A stretch of DNA of 35,885 nt from Luteimonas sp. (GCA_014380115.1 JACMKK010000052.1:1-35885); one strand, 5' to 3'; shown: positions 1 through 8,256, counted from the first letter of the stretch. Made by a program: numbers and translations. Notes: a model not told the origin generated them from the letters alone.

Positions 1-2
1 CC

Positions 3-650
3 GACCGGCTCACGCAGATCCTCACCGACGTGGCCGAGATCATCGGCGCCAACATCCTCAACATCGCGCGGCAGGACTACGACCCGCAGGGCGCGTCGGT
101 CACCATCCTGATTTCCGAAGAGCCGGTGATCGACAAGAAGCTCGCCGGCCGCGAGGTGATCTCCGACGCCGTCGTCGCGCACATGGACAAGTCGCACATC
201 ACCGTCCACACCTACCCGGAAACGCATCCGCAGGCCGGTATCGCTACGTTCCGCGCCGATATCGATGTCGCCACCTGCGGCGTGATCTCGCCGTTGAAGG
301 CGTTGAACTACCTGATCGAGAGCTTCGAGTCCGACATCGTGGTGACCGATTACCGCGTGCGCGGCTTCACCCGCGACATCAAGGGCAAGAAGCACTACAT
401 CGACCACAAGATCAACTCGATCCAGGACTTCCTCGCCAAGAACGTCAAGGCGCGGTACGAGATGCTCGACGTCAACGTCTATCAGGAAAACATCTTCCAT
501 ACGAAGATGCACCTGAAGGAGTTCGACCTCGACAATTACCTGTTCGAGGAAAAGGCCCGCAACCTGTCGTTCAAGGACCGGATGCGCATCGAGGCGCTGC
601 TCAAGCGCGAGATCGAGGAACTCTTCCACGGCCGCAACCTGGTGGAGTAA
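3..650 (+). CDS. speD: S-adenosylmethionine decarboxylase proenzyme (5'-truncated by window edge)
   Basis: Frame is open from the window start ([36 protein letters not shown]). Contains [12 protein letters not shown] (pyruvoyl-forming Lys-Ser cleavage site) and [15 protein letters not shown], typical of E. coli-type SpeD. Confidence 0.96.
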   Translation, partial: DRLTQILTDVAEIIGANILNIARQDYDPQGASVTILISEEPVIDKKLAGREVISDAVVAHMDKSHITVHTYPETHPQAGIATFRADIDVATCGVISPLKALNYLIESFESDIVVTDYRVRGFTRDIKGKKHYIDHKINSIQDFLAKNVKARYEMLDVNVYQENIFHTKMHLKEFDLDNYLFEEKARNLSFKDRMRIEALLKREIEELFHGRNLVE

Positions 651-675
651 GGACGCGGGTCGCGACCGGCGTCTT

Positions 676-829
676 CCCCTCGCCCCGCTTGCGGGCAGAG
701 GGTGGCGCGCAGCGCCGGGTGAGGGGTGAGTGTCGCGAACGTAGGTCGTAGCGCAGTGGCCACAGATCGCTACTCCGCCGCCCCTCATCCGCCTTCGGCA
801 CTTCCTCCCCGCTTGGTGGAGAGACAGGG
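676..829. repeat. Inverted pair of REP-like palindromic elements between convergent speD and coq7
   Basis: 676-726 cccctcgccccgcttgcgggcagagggtggcgcgcagcgccgggtgagggg and 781-829 (reverse complement ccctgtctctccaccaagcggggaggaagtgccgaaggcggatgagggg) share a two-hairpin layout ending in tgagggg, in opposite orientation. Confidence 0.65.
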
Positions 830-842
830 AAACGCTTCCGGC

Positions 843-1484
843 TCACACCCGGTAAGCCACCGCCTTCATCAACTTGGACGCCGCCGCCATCAGTGCCGGC
901 ACCGGCTGCGGCAGCGCGCGCGCGCCCTGCGCCTCGGCATGCTCGGCGTGACGCGCCTCGTCGGCCTTCATCGTCTCCAGGATGCGTCGGCTGCGGGCAT
1001 CGGCTGCGGGCAAGGTCTGCAGGTGCTCGGCGAGGTGCGCCTCGACCTGGCGCTCGGTCTCGACCACGAAGCCCAGGTTCCAGCCGTCGCCGCGTAGGCC
1101 GGCGAGGGCGCCGATCACATAGCTGCCGGCGTACCACAGCGGGTTGAGCAGGCTGGGCCGGCTGTCGAGCTCGCTCAGGCGCTCGGCGCACCAGGCGAGG
1201 TGGTCGGTTTCCTCCTGCGCCGCAGCCAGCAGCTGCTCGCGGGTGCCGGCGTCGCGCGCAACCGCCGCCTGGCCGACATACAGGGCCTGGGCGCAGACCT
1301 CGCCGACGTGGTTGATCCGCATCAGGCCGGCGGCGTGGCGGCGATCGGGCTCGTCCAGGACCAGGTCGCCGGTGCCCTCGGCGGGATTGGGGCGCTGGGC
1401 TACGGGGGCGCCGACCACGGTTTCCAGGGCGTTCTGGGTGCCCGAGAGCAAGCGATCGAGCGGCGACAGGATGCGGTTGGCCAT
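843..1484 (-). CDS. coq7: Demethoxyubiquinone hydroxylase (di-iron, Coq7 family)
   Basis: [33 protein letters not shown] and DEARH di-iron ExxH motifs. Start moved to ATG 1484 ([10 protein letters not shown]); the longer ORF runs into rplM. Confidence 0.95.
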   Translation of the reverse strand: MANRILSPLDRLLSGTQNALETVVGAPVAQRPNPAEGTGDLVLDEPDRRHAAGLMRINHVGEVCAQALYVGQAAVARDAGTREQLLAAAQEETDHLAWCAERLSELDSRPSLLNPLWYAGSYVIGALAGLRGDGWNLGFVVETERQVEAHLAEHLQTLPAADARSRRILETMKADEARHAEHAEAQGARALPQPVPALMAAASKLMKAVAYRV

Positions 1485-1548
1485 CCGGCTATTCTGAGAG
1501 AAAAACCATCGACGCGGCGCGGGCACTCGCTCGGGGCGCCTGGGCGAC

Positions 1549-1577
1549 TTGCGGCGCAAGCGTGCGACCGGTATCAT
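1549..1577 (+). promoter_or_regulatory. Putative sigma70 promoter of rplM-rpsI
   Basis: TTGCGG (1549-1554), 17-nt spacer, TATCAT (1572-1577), about 100 nt upstream of the rplM ATG. Confidence 0.6.
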
Positions 1578-1677
1578 TCCGCCTCTTTCGTCCCGCAATT
1601 CACAACGCGCGGCAAAATTCCCCGGAGCCTTTCCGCCGGAATCAGCCCGACTACTAGACCGGAACCCAGAGTTCGTC

Positions 1678-2106
1678 ATGAAAACATTTTCCGCCAAGTC
1701 CGAGACCGTCCAGCGCGACTGGTACCTCGTCGACGCCTCAGGCAAGACCCTCGGTCGCCTGTGCACCGAACTCGCACGCCGCCTGCGCGGCAAGCACAAG
1801 CCGGTCTACACGCCGCACGTGGATACCGGCGATTATCTCGTCGTGATCAACGCCGAGAAGATCCACGTCACCGGCAACAAGCTGGCCGACAAGAAGTACC
1901 ACCGCTTTACCGGCTACGTCGGCAACCTGAAGACCGAAACGCTCGGCCAGGCGCTCGAGCGCCATCCGGAGCGCGTGATCGAGATCGCGGTCAAGGGCAT
2001 GCTGCCGAAGAACACCCTCGGCCGCGCCATGTACCGCAAGCTCAAGGTCTACAAGGGCCCCGAGCATCCGCATACCGCCCAGCAGCCGCAGCTGCTGGAC
2101 ATCTAA
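1678..2106 (+). CDS. rplM: 50S ribosomal protein L13
   Basis: MKTFSAK...[14 protein letters not shown]...[15 protein letters not shown]...VKGMLPK; 142 aa from ATG 1678. Confidence 0.99.
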   Translation: MKTFSAKSETVQRDWYLVDASGKTLGRLCTELARRLRGKHKPVYTPHVDTGDYLVVINAEKIHVTGNKLADKKYHRFTGYVGNLKTETLGQALERHPERVIEIAVKGMLPKNTLGRAMYRKLKVYKGPEHPHTAQQPQLLDI

Positions 2107-2122
2107 GGCACCCGAGACCGAC

Positions 2123-2515
2123 ATGGCGATCACACAGAATTACGGCACCGGCCGTCGCAAGTCCTCCACCGCACGCGTGTTTCTACGCAAGGGCGAAGGC
2201 AAGATCACGATCAACGAGCGTCCGCTCGACGAGTTCTTCGGCCGCGAGACCGCGCGCATGATCGTGCGCCAGCCGCTCGAACTGACCAAGAACACCGAGT
2301 CGTTCAACATCAACGCCACGGTCGCCGGCGGCGGCACCACCGGCCAGGCCGGTGCCATCCGCCTCGGCATCGCCCGCGCGCTGGTCGAGTACGACGAAAC
2401 GTTGAAGTCCGAGCTGCGCAAGGCCGGGTTCATGACCCGCGACGCGCGCGAAGTCGAGCGCAAGAAGGTCGGCCTGCACAAGGCGCGCCGCGCCACGCAG
2501 TTCTCCAAGCGCTAA
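2123..2515 (+). CDS. rpsI: 30S ribosomal protein S9
   Basis: [13 protein letters not shown]...[19 protein letters not shown]...[19 protein letters not shown]; directly follows rplM. Confidence 0.99.
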   Translation: MAITQNYGTGRRKSSTARVFLRKGEGKITINERPLDEFFGRETARMIVRQPLELTKNTESFNINATVAGGGTTGQAGAIRLGIARALVEYDETLKSELRKAGFMTRDAREVERKKVGLHKARRATQFSKR

Positions 2516-2560
2516 GTTTCGAGTTCATCGGGCGTGGCGTTACAATCGCCAGGTCCATAT

Positions 2561-2635
2561 AGCCCCGTCGCCAAGCGGTAAGGCACCTGACTCTGACTCA
2601 GGCATTCGGTGGTTCGAATCCATCCGGGGCTGCCA
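2561..2635 (+). tRNA. tRNA-Gln, anticodon CTG
   Basis: Acceptor stem agccccg/cggggct, D-arm gccaagcggtaaggc, anticodon arm cctga-ctCTGac-tcagg (CTG at 2593-2595), T-loop ggttcgaatcc, encoded CCA end. Possible -10 TACAAT at 2541-2546. Confidence 0.98.
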
Positions 2636-2680
2636 ATTCAAAGTCGCGATGTGCGGCCGATCAGCACCAAGCCACACCGG

Positions 2681-2708
2681 AAGCCCGCCTCGCGCGGGCT
2701 TTCGCGTT
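2681..2708 (+). terminator. Probable intrinsic terminator after tRNA-Gln
   Basis: Stem aagcccgc/gcgggctt with a 5-nt loop, followed by a short interrupted T tract. Confidence 0.6.
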
Positions 2709-2749
2709 CCAGACATCGCATCCCGCCTCCGGCAAGATCCGAGCTTTCC

Positions 2750-3487
2750 ATGGTCGCCACCTTTTCCGCACCGTACATGCCCGCCAGCGAACTGCTGACC
2801 GGTTTGCGCGAACGCGGTTATGCGGTGCTCGCGGCGAGCGACGTCGGGGCCTTGTGCGGCGTGACTATCGCGCAGCTCGACGCGCTCAAGCCTAGCTGGA
2901 ACGATTTGCAGCCCGATCGCTATTTGCGCGACGGCGGCAACTACCGCCGGCGCCGGCATTCCTGTTTCCTGGTCGATGCGGGCGACGTGGTCCAGGCACC
3001 GCACCGCGCGCATTGGCAGTCGCGGGACTACAACGCACTGCACGGCGGCATGCAACGCTGGTTCGAACCGATCACGCCGGACGTGGTGTCGCAGCCAGCC
3101 TGGGGGCGCTTGCTGCAAGCGCTCGGCGATCAGTTTGCGCAATTGAAGCCCGCGCGGCCGTGGCACGTCGAAGCGCACCAATTCCGCATCGACACCAGCG
3201 ACGGCATCGGTCGGCCCACGCCGGAAGGCGCGCATCGCGACGGCGTCGATTTCGTCGCGGTCCTGATCGTCGACCGGACCGGGATCAACGGCGGCGAAAC
3301 GCGCGTATTCGACGCCGCCGGACCGAACGGCCAGCGCTTTACCCTCACCGAACCCTGGTCGCTGCTGGTGCTCGACGACACGCGCGTGATCCACGAGTCC
3401 ACGCCGATCCAGCCGCTCGACGCCGGTGGCCATCGAGACACCCTCGTGCTGACCTATCGGGCCGGTGCGTTCCAGGGCGAGGATTGA
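2750..3487 (+). CDS. 2OG-Fe(II) dioxygenase family protein (2OG-Fe_Oxy_2/BsmA-like)
   Basis: DRYLRDGGNYRRRR, PTPEGAHRDGVDFV (HxD), GGETRVF, HESTPI and RDTLVLTY (distal His and 2OG-binding Arg). Start at ATG 2750 because the longer ORF overlaps the tRNA. Confidence 0.85.
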   Translation: MVATFSAPYMPASELLTGLRERGYAVLAASDVGALCGVTIAQLDALKPSWNDLQPDRYLRDGGNYRRRRHSCFLVDAGDVVQAPHRAHWQSRDYNALHGGMQRWFEPITPDVVSQPAWGRLLQALGDQFAQLKPARPWHVEAHQFRIDTSDGIGRPTPEGAHRDGVDFVAVLIVDRTGINGGETRVFDAAGPNGQRFTLTEPWSLLVLDDTRVIHESTPIQPLDAGGHRDTLVLTYRAGAFQGED

Positions 3488-3534
3488 CGCTACTGCTTTG
3501 GCGTCACCACGAAATCCAGATCACCGGCGCAATA

Positions 3535-3548
3535 GTTACAATTGCAAC
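3535..3548. promoter_or_regulatory. AT-rich near-palindrome, candidate operator upstream of FAH-maiA
   Basis: GTTACAATTGCAAC (12 of 14 positions symmetric), 31 nt upstream of the FAH start; overlaps a TACAAT -10-like hexamer. Confidence 0.45.
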
Positions 3549-3579
3549 AGCAAGCCCAATCCCGTTCGACGGAGTCCTG

Positions 3580-4569
3580 ATGAAACTCGGTTCCCTGAAG
3601 GAAGGCGGCCGCGACGGCACGCTCGTCGTCGTCTCCCGCGACCTCGCCCAGGCCGTTCGCGCTACCGGCATCGCGCCGACGCTGCAACGCGCGCTCGAAG
3701 ACTGGTCCAACCTCGCTCCGCGCCTGGCGGCCCTGTCCGATGCGCTCAACGACGGCAGTGCCGACGGCGTGTTCGACGTCAACCTCGCCCAATTCGCCGC
3801 GCCGTTGCCGCGCGCCTACGAGTTCGTCGACGGCAGCGCCTACCTGCCGCATGTCGAGCGCGTACGACGTGCGCGCGGTGCCGAAGTGCCGGAGAGTTTC
3901 TATTCCGATCCGCTGATGTATCAGGCCACCAGTGCCGGTTTCTACGGCCCCCGTGACCCGGTGAAGGTCGTCGATGAGGCCTACGGCATCGATCTGGAAG
4001 CCGAAATCGTGGTCGTCACCGACGACGTGCCGATGGCGGTGACACCGGAGCAGGCGGCCGAGCACATCCAGTTGATCGGACTGGTCAACGACGTCTCCCT
4101 GCGCAACCTGATCCCGGGCGAGCTGGCGAAGGGTTTCGGTTTCCTGCAGTCCAAGCCACGTTCGGCGTTGTCGCCGGTGTTCGTGACGCCCGACGAACTC
4201 GGCACTGCCTGGCGCGGCAACAAGCTGCATTTGCCGTTGCTCACCCACATCAACGGCGAATGGTTCGGTGCGCCCGAAGCGGGCGTCGACATGCAGTTCG
4301 ATTTCGCGCAACTCGTCGCGCATGCGGCGAAGACGCGGCCGCTGTCGGCCGGCACGATCGTCGGTTCCGGCACGATCGCCAACAAGGACACCAGCAAGGG
4401 TGCCTCGTGTTTCGCCGAGAAGCGCACCGTCGAGACGCTCGAGCTGGGCAAGCCGGTGACGCCGTTCATGGCCTTTGACGACAGCGTGCGCATCGAGATG
4501 CTGGACGGCGATGGTCGCAGCATCTTCGGCGCGATCGAGCAACGGATCGAGCGCCAGGCCGCGCCCTGA
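3580..4569 (+). CDS. Fumarylacetoacetate hydrolase family protein
   Basis: MKLGSLKEGGRDGTLVVVSRDL, DGSAYLPHV, IDLEAE, NDVSLRNLIPGELAKGFGFLQSKP, GTIVGSGT. GGAG RBS before ATG 3580; adjacent to maiA. Confidence 0.93.
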   Translation: MKLGSLKEGGRDGTLVVVSRDLAQAVRATGIAPTLQRALEDWSNLAPRLAALSDALNDGSADGVFDVNLAQFAAPLPRAYEFVDGSAYLPHVERVRRARGAEVPESFYSDPLMYQATSAGFYGPRDPVKVVDEAYGIDLEAEIVVVTDDVPMAVTPEQAAEHIQLIGLVNDVSLRNLIPGELAKGFGFLQSKPRSALSPVFVTPDELGTAWRGNKLHLPLLTHINGEWFGAPEAGVDMQFDFAQLVAHAAKTRPLSAGTIVGSGTIANKDTSKGASCFAEKRTVETLELGKPVTPFMAFDDSVRIEMLDGDGRSIFGAIEQRIERQAAP

Positions 4570-4681
4570 GCGCCGGACGTGGAACCTGCCGCGACGAGCG
4601 GTCTTCCGTGCCGGCGGTGTCCGGGCTAAGGTGCTCGGCACCGCGCGGTCAGCCGCGGTCGAACCGCAGGGGAGCGGCGCA

Positions 4682-5344
4682 GTGACCGACCGGCTAAGCC
4701 TCTATTCGTATTGGCGTTCGAGCGCTGCCTATCGGGTGCGTATCGGCCTGAACATCAAGGCGCTGCCTTACGACATCGCGCCGGTGCACCTGTTGCGCGA
4801 CGGTGGCGAGCAGCACGGCGCCGAGTTCGCCGCGGCCAACCCCCAGCAACTGGTTCCGGTGCTGCAGCACGGACACCGGCTGTTGCGGCAGTCGCTGGCG
4901 ATCCTGGAATACCTCGACGAGGTGTGGCCAACGCCGCCGCTGTTGCCGGCGACTGCGCGTGATCGCCAGCGCGTGCGCGCATTGGCGCAACTGGTGGCCT
5001 GCGACATCCATCCGCTCAACAACCTGCGGGTGATGCAGTACTTCGAGCGTGACTGGGGCGTGCCGACGCCCGAGCGCGACGTCTGGACGCGGCACTGGAT
5101 GGTGCAGGGCTTCGATGCGTTCGAGGCGTTGCTGCAGAACCATCCCTCGACCGGCCCGTTCTGCGACGGCCATGCGCCGACCATCGCCGATTGCTGCCTG
5201 ATCCCGCAGGTCTACAACGCGCGTCGCTTCGGCGTCGACCTCACGCCTTATCCGACCATCGCGCGGATCGACGCGGCCTGCCTGGCGCTGCCCGCATTCG
5301 ACGCCGCGCGACCGGAGCGCCAGCCGGATGCGCCGGCTACGTAG
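4682..5344 (+). CDS. maiA: Maleylacetoacetate isomerase (GST zeta)
   Basis: LYSYWRSSAAYRVRIGLNIK, NPQQLVP, QSLAILEYLDE, DIHPLNNLRV. GTG start after a GGGGAG RBS. Confidence 0.95.
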   Translation: MTDRLSLYSYWRSSAAYRVRIGLNIKALPYDIAPVHLLRDGGEQHGAEFAAANPQQLVPVLQHGHRLLRQSLAILEYLDEVWPTPPLLPATARDRQRVRALAQLVACDIHPLNNLRVMQYFERDWGVPTPERDVWTRHWMVQGFDAFEALLQNHPSTGPFCDGHAPTIADCCLIPQVYNARRFGVDLTPYPTIARIDAACLALPAFDAARPERQPDAPAT

Positions 5345-5347
5345 CAA

Positions 5348-5414
5348 CGTAGGCTGGGTTCCAGCCCACATCGCGTTCTACCAAAAAGAGCGATGGGCTT
5401 GAGCCCACCCTACG
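5348..5414. repeat. Inverted GTAG-family REP doublet (REPIN-like) between convergent maiA and pilU
   Basis: cGTAGgctgggttccagcccacatcgc (5348-5374) and, on the minus strand, cGTAGggtgggctcaagcccatcgc (5414-5390): each is GTAG plus a short palindrome, and the two face each other. Confidence 0.75.
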
Positions 5415-5417
5415 CCG

Positions 5418-6539
5418 TTATCGCTGCTGCGAGTCTGCCGAATCGAACACATCGGCATAAGGGTCGTGCTCGCCGGTGCCGCCCTCGGAGAAGCGGAACT
5501 TGAGCGCGAGGCCGTCGCGCGAGTCGGCTGCGCGCAGCGCGGTCTCGCGCTCGATCCGGCCTTCCTTGTAGAGCCGGAACAGGCACTGATCGAACGATTC
5601 CATGCCGTCCTCGAGCGACTCCTCCATCGCCTGCTTGATCTCGTGCACCTGGCCGCGGCGCAGCAGGTCGCGGATCACGGGTGTATTGATCAGCACTTCC
5701 GTCGCCGGCATGCGACGTCCGTCGACGCCGACCACCAGGCGCTGCGAGACGACCGAGCGCAGGTTGAGCGCCAGGTTCATCAGCACGTTCTTGTGCGCGG
5801 CTTCGGGGAAGAAGTTGAGGATGCGTTCGATGGTCTGGTCGGCGTTATTGGAATGCAGTGTCGCCAGACAGATGTGGCCGGTCTCGGCGAAGGCGATCGC
5901 TGCCTCCATCGTGGTGGCGTCGAGGATTTCGCCGATCAGGATCACGTCCGGCGCCTCGCGCATCGCATTCTTCAGCGCGTTGTGGAACGCGTGCGTGTCG
6001 AGGCCGACCTCGCGCTGGTTGACGATCGACTTCTTGTGTCGGTGCAGGTATTCGATCGGGTCCTCGATGGTGAGGATGTGGCCCGATGTGCTGTTGTTGC
6101 GGAAGTCGATCATCGACGCCAGCGTGGTCGACTTGCCCGAGCCGGTGGAGCCGACGATCAGCACCAGGCCGCGCGGCGCCATGATGATTTCCTTGAGCAC
6201 CTGCGGCAGCTGCAGCTCCTCGATGCTCGGGATCACGCTGCGGATCGAGCGGATCACCATGCCGACCTCGCCACGCTGCTTGAACACGTTGACGCGGAAG
6301 CGTCCCGAGTCCTGCAGGGACAGCGCCATGTTGAGTTCGAGGTCGCGTTCGAACAGCGGTACCTGACCCTCGTCCATCAGCGAGTACGCGATCTTCTTGA
6401 CCATGCCGGCGGGCAGGCCGGTGTTGCCGAGCGGATACAGTTTGCCTTCGACCTTGATGTACACCGGCGCGCCGGTGGTCAGGAACATGTCGGAGGCATT
6501 CTTTTCCGTCATCAGCTTCAGGAAATAGCCGATGTCCAT
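5418..6539 (-). CDS. pilU: PilT/PilU family type IV pilus ATPase (PilU-like)
   Basis: ASDMFL, RFRVNVF, Walker A GSTGSGKS, Asp box TIEDPIE, Walker B DVILIGE, His box TGHICLATLH. Lacks the PilT AIRNLIRE motif. Start MDIGYFLK at 6539. Confidence 0.88.
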   Translation of the reverse strand: MDIGYFLKLMTEKNASDMFLTTGAPVYIKVEGKLYPLGNTGLPAGMVKKIAYSLMDEGQVPLFERDLELNMALSLQDSGRFRVNVFKQRGEVGMVIRSIRSVIPSIEELQLPQVLKEIIMAPRGLVLIVGSTGSGKSTTLASMIDFRNNSTSGHILTIEDPIEYLHRHKKSIVNQREVGLDTHAFHNALKNAMREAPDVILIGEILDATTMEAAIAFAETGHICLATLHSNNADQTIERILNFFPEAAHKNVLMNLALNLRSVVSQRLVVGVDGRRMPATEVLINTPVIRDLLRRGQVHEIKQAMEESLEDGMESFDQCLFRLYKEGRIERETALRAADSRDGLALKFRFSEGGTGEHDPYADVFDSADSQQR

Positions 6540-6627
6540 ACATGAACCCCCACTGCGCGGGATCGTTGCGATTCCCGCGGATGCTGATGACAATGGCCGC
6601 GCGTCGCCCCCAACGGACACGGCCCCC

Positions 6628-7014
6628 ATGCGCACAAGCTTCGCACAAATCACTTCAACGCTGCAGGGCCTTGGCGCCGGCCTCGTGCTCGGTTTGGCGG
6701 GTTGTGCGTCGCTGCCTGCGCCTACGGCCGAATTGTCGGCGGCGCAGCAGGCGATCGCGCGCGCCGACAGTGCCGACGCCGACCAGTATGCGTCTGCGGA
6801 AATCGCCCAGGCACGCAGTTCTCTGGCACGGGCGCAGGCCGCCATGGCCAAGGGCAGCGACGCCGATGCGCGCAGCCTTGCCGTGATCGCCGCCGCCGAT
6901 GCCGACCTGGCCTATGCGCGCAGCCGCGAAGCCGAGGCCAATACCGAACTGGCGCAACGACGCCGCGAGATCGCCGAGTTGCGGCAGCGGTTGCGGATGG
7001 AGGGCGGCCAATGA
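6628..7014 (+). CDS. DUF4398-family lipoprotein
   Basis: Lipobox LAGC, then PTAELSAAQQAIARA...ADQYA helical Ala-rich domain. ATGA overlap with the next gene. Confidence 0.8.
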   Translation: MRTSFAQITSTLQGLGAGLVLGLAGCASLPAPTAELSAAQQAIARADSADADQYASAEIAQARSSLARAQAAMAKGSDADARSLAVIAAADADLAYARSREAEANTELAQRRREIAELRQRLRMEGGQ

Positions 7015-7628
7015 GCAGGTTGCGGACGCCGATGTTGTGTTTTGTGATGCTCTTCGCATTCGCACCCCTGCGCGCGGCGGAAGGCGATGCCGATGCCGCG
7101 CGCCTGTCGCAGCGCCTGCAGGCGATTGAGGCGGATAGCCGCACCAACACCTTCGCGGCCTACGAGCGCCTGCAGGCGCGCCAGGCGATCGACGCCTTGG
7201 CAGCAGCGCGCAGCCGGCAGCGCGACGCGGCGTTGCAGATCGCCGAGCGCCGCGTCGAGATCGCGGAAATCGCCGCAGGCACCGAAGCGACGCGGCGCGA
7301 GATCGACCGTCTCGATCGCGAGCGCAGCGAGCTGCTGGTCGAGTCCAGTCGTCAGGAAGCCGAACGGGCGCGCCAGGAGGCCGAGCGTCTGCGCGTGCAG
7401 GCACAGATCCAGGCCGAGGAGGCCCAGCGCCTACGCCTGGCGGCCGAGGAGGAGTCGTTGGCGCGCCAGGACGCCGAACTCGTGCTCGACGACGTGGCCG
7501 GGGATCAGGCCAACAAGCTCCGCGCCGCCCGCCAGCGTGAAGCCGAGCTGGCCCGGCGCGAGGCGGAACTCATGTCGGGCGAAGGTCAGGCAACGCCGCC
7601 CAAGCCCAAGCCGAAGCAGAAACCTTGA
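7011..7628 (+). CDS. Exported coiled-coil protein (partner of DUF4398 lipoprotein; no OmpA domain)
   Basis: Signal-peptide-like N-terminus (LCFVMLFAFAPLRA), long E/R/A-rich heptad region, C-terminal PKPKPKQKP tail. ATG overlaps the upstream stop. Confidence 0.75.
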   Translation: MSRLRTPMLCFVMLFAFAPLRAAEGDADAARLSQRLQAIEADSRTNTFAAYERLQARQAIDALAAARSRQRDAALQIAERRVEIAEIAAGTEATRREIDRLDRERSELLVESSRQEAERARQEAERLRVQAQIQAEEAQRLRLAAEEESLARQDAELVLDDVAGDQANKLRAARQREAELARREAELMSGEGQATPPKPKPKQKP

Positions 7629-7670
7629 GTGCACTGCTCAAGCCTATGGCGAGCGGGGCTTTCCTTCAAA

Positions 7671-7683
7671 AATCAATGGTTTG
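7671..7683 (+). promoter_or_regulatory. IHF-binding consensus match
   Basis: AATCAATGGTTTG is an exact match to WATCAANNNNTTR, preceded by an A-tract, in an intergenic region of a GC-rich genome. Confidence 0.5.
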
Positions 7684-8010
7684 GCGGATCGTCGCAACCC
7701 GCCGACCAGACGTGCGCCGACCCCTTGGGCCCCGTGGCGTTCAGCTTTCGACTGGCCCCACGGTGAGGCTTGCTCCCCGGAAATCGGAGGAGTAGGGTCA
7801 GTTATCCGAACGGCCGCACTTTCGCCTTTGCCGTTCGGTAGCAGAGCCCAGCCGATGATCGACAACGCCACTGCGAGGGAGCATGCCGCCGGAAGCGACC
7901 GTGCGGATGCCCTTGCAACAGGCATCCGCAGCATGGCGGCCCTGCTTCTTTCCCCGGTAACTTCCCCCCGTAACGCCCCGTGCCGCTCCTGGCCGGGGCG
8001 TTTGCATTTG
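7684..8010. ncRNA. Candidate structured RNA / leader upstream of YdcH-family gene (family unassigned)
   Basis: Consecutive stems: actggccc/gggtcagt enclosing tgctcc/ggagta; ccgaacggc/gccgttcgg; gccgcc/ggcggc enclosing tgcggatgcc/ggcatccgca; aacgccccg/cggggcgtt followed by tgcatttg. Confidence 0.35.
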
Positions 8011-8026
8011 AGCTGAAGGAGGATCC

Positions 8027-8245
8027 ATGTTCGAAGGGCAACCCCAAGCGGAACTCGATGCCATGTTCCAGGCCAACCCCGAGTTCCGACAGCTGTACCA
8101 GCGCCACAAGGATCTCGACAAGAAGGTGCTCGACGCCGAACTCGGCGTGCTTCCGGTCGACGATGTCACACTCGCGCAAATGAAACGCGAGAAGCTGGCG
8201 GCCAAGGATCGCCTCACCCGGATCTACGACACGCTCCATCACTGA
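8027..8245 (+). CDS. YdcH/DUF465 family small protein
   Basis: 72 aa, strong AAGGAGG RBS; NPEFRQLYQRHKDLD...MKREKLAAKDRL fits the family pattern (F..L...H..LD, K+EKL..KD). Confidence 0.85.
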   Translation: MFEGQPQAELDAMFQANPEFRQLYQRHKDLDKKVLDAELGVLPVDDVTLAQMKREKLAAKDRLTRIYDTLHH

Positions 8246-8256
8246 CCCCGATGATC

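Noticed and set aside
2561-2750. tRNA-Gln as integration site of a genomic island
   Set aside because: No integrase and no duplicated tRNA 3' end noticed in the window; downstream genes are housekeeping.
3013-3579. N-terminal extension making a 518-aa FAH fusion
   Set aside because: It overlaps the dioxygenase in another frame, is Arg-rich junk, and a good RBS precedes ATG 3580.
7753-7773. Sigma54 promoter (TGGC...TTGC) near the IHF site
   Set aside because: GG-to-GC spacing is 16 nt instead of the required 10.
7750-7900. Cobalamin or c-di-GMP riboswitch (GCCACTG...GGAAG; GGCAAA/CGAAA on the minus strand)
   Set aside because: Only fragments match. The remaining conserved elements and their order are missing, so no family was assigned.
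7644-7934. 96-aa minus-strand ORF with a hydrophobic stretch
   Set aside because: No recognisable family or clear RBS, and it overlaps the structured region. It cannot be fully excluded without ribosome profiling.
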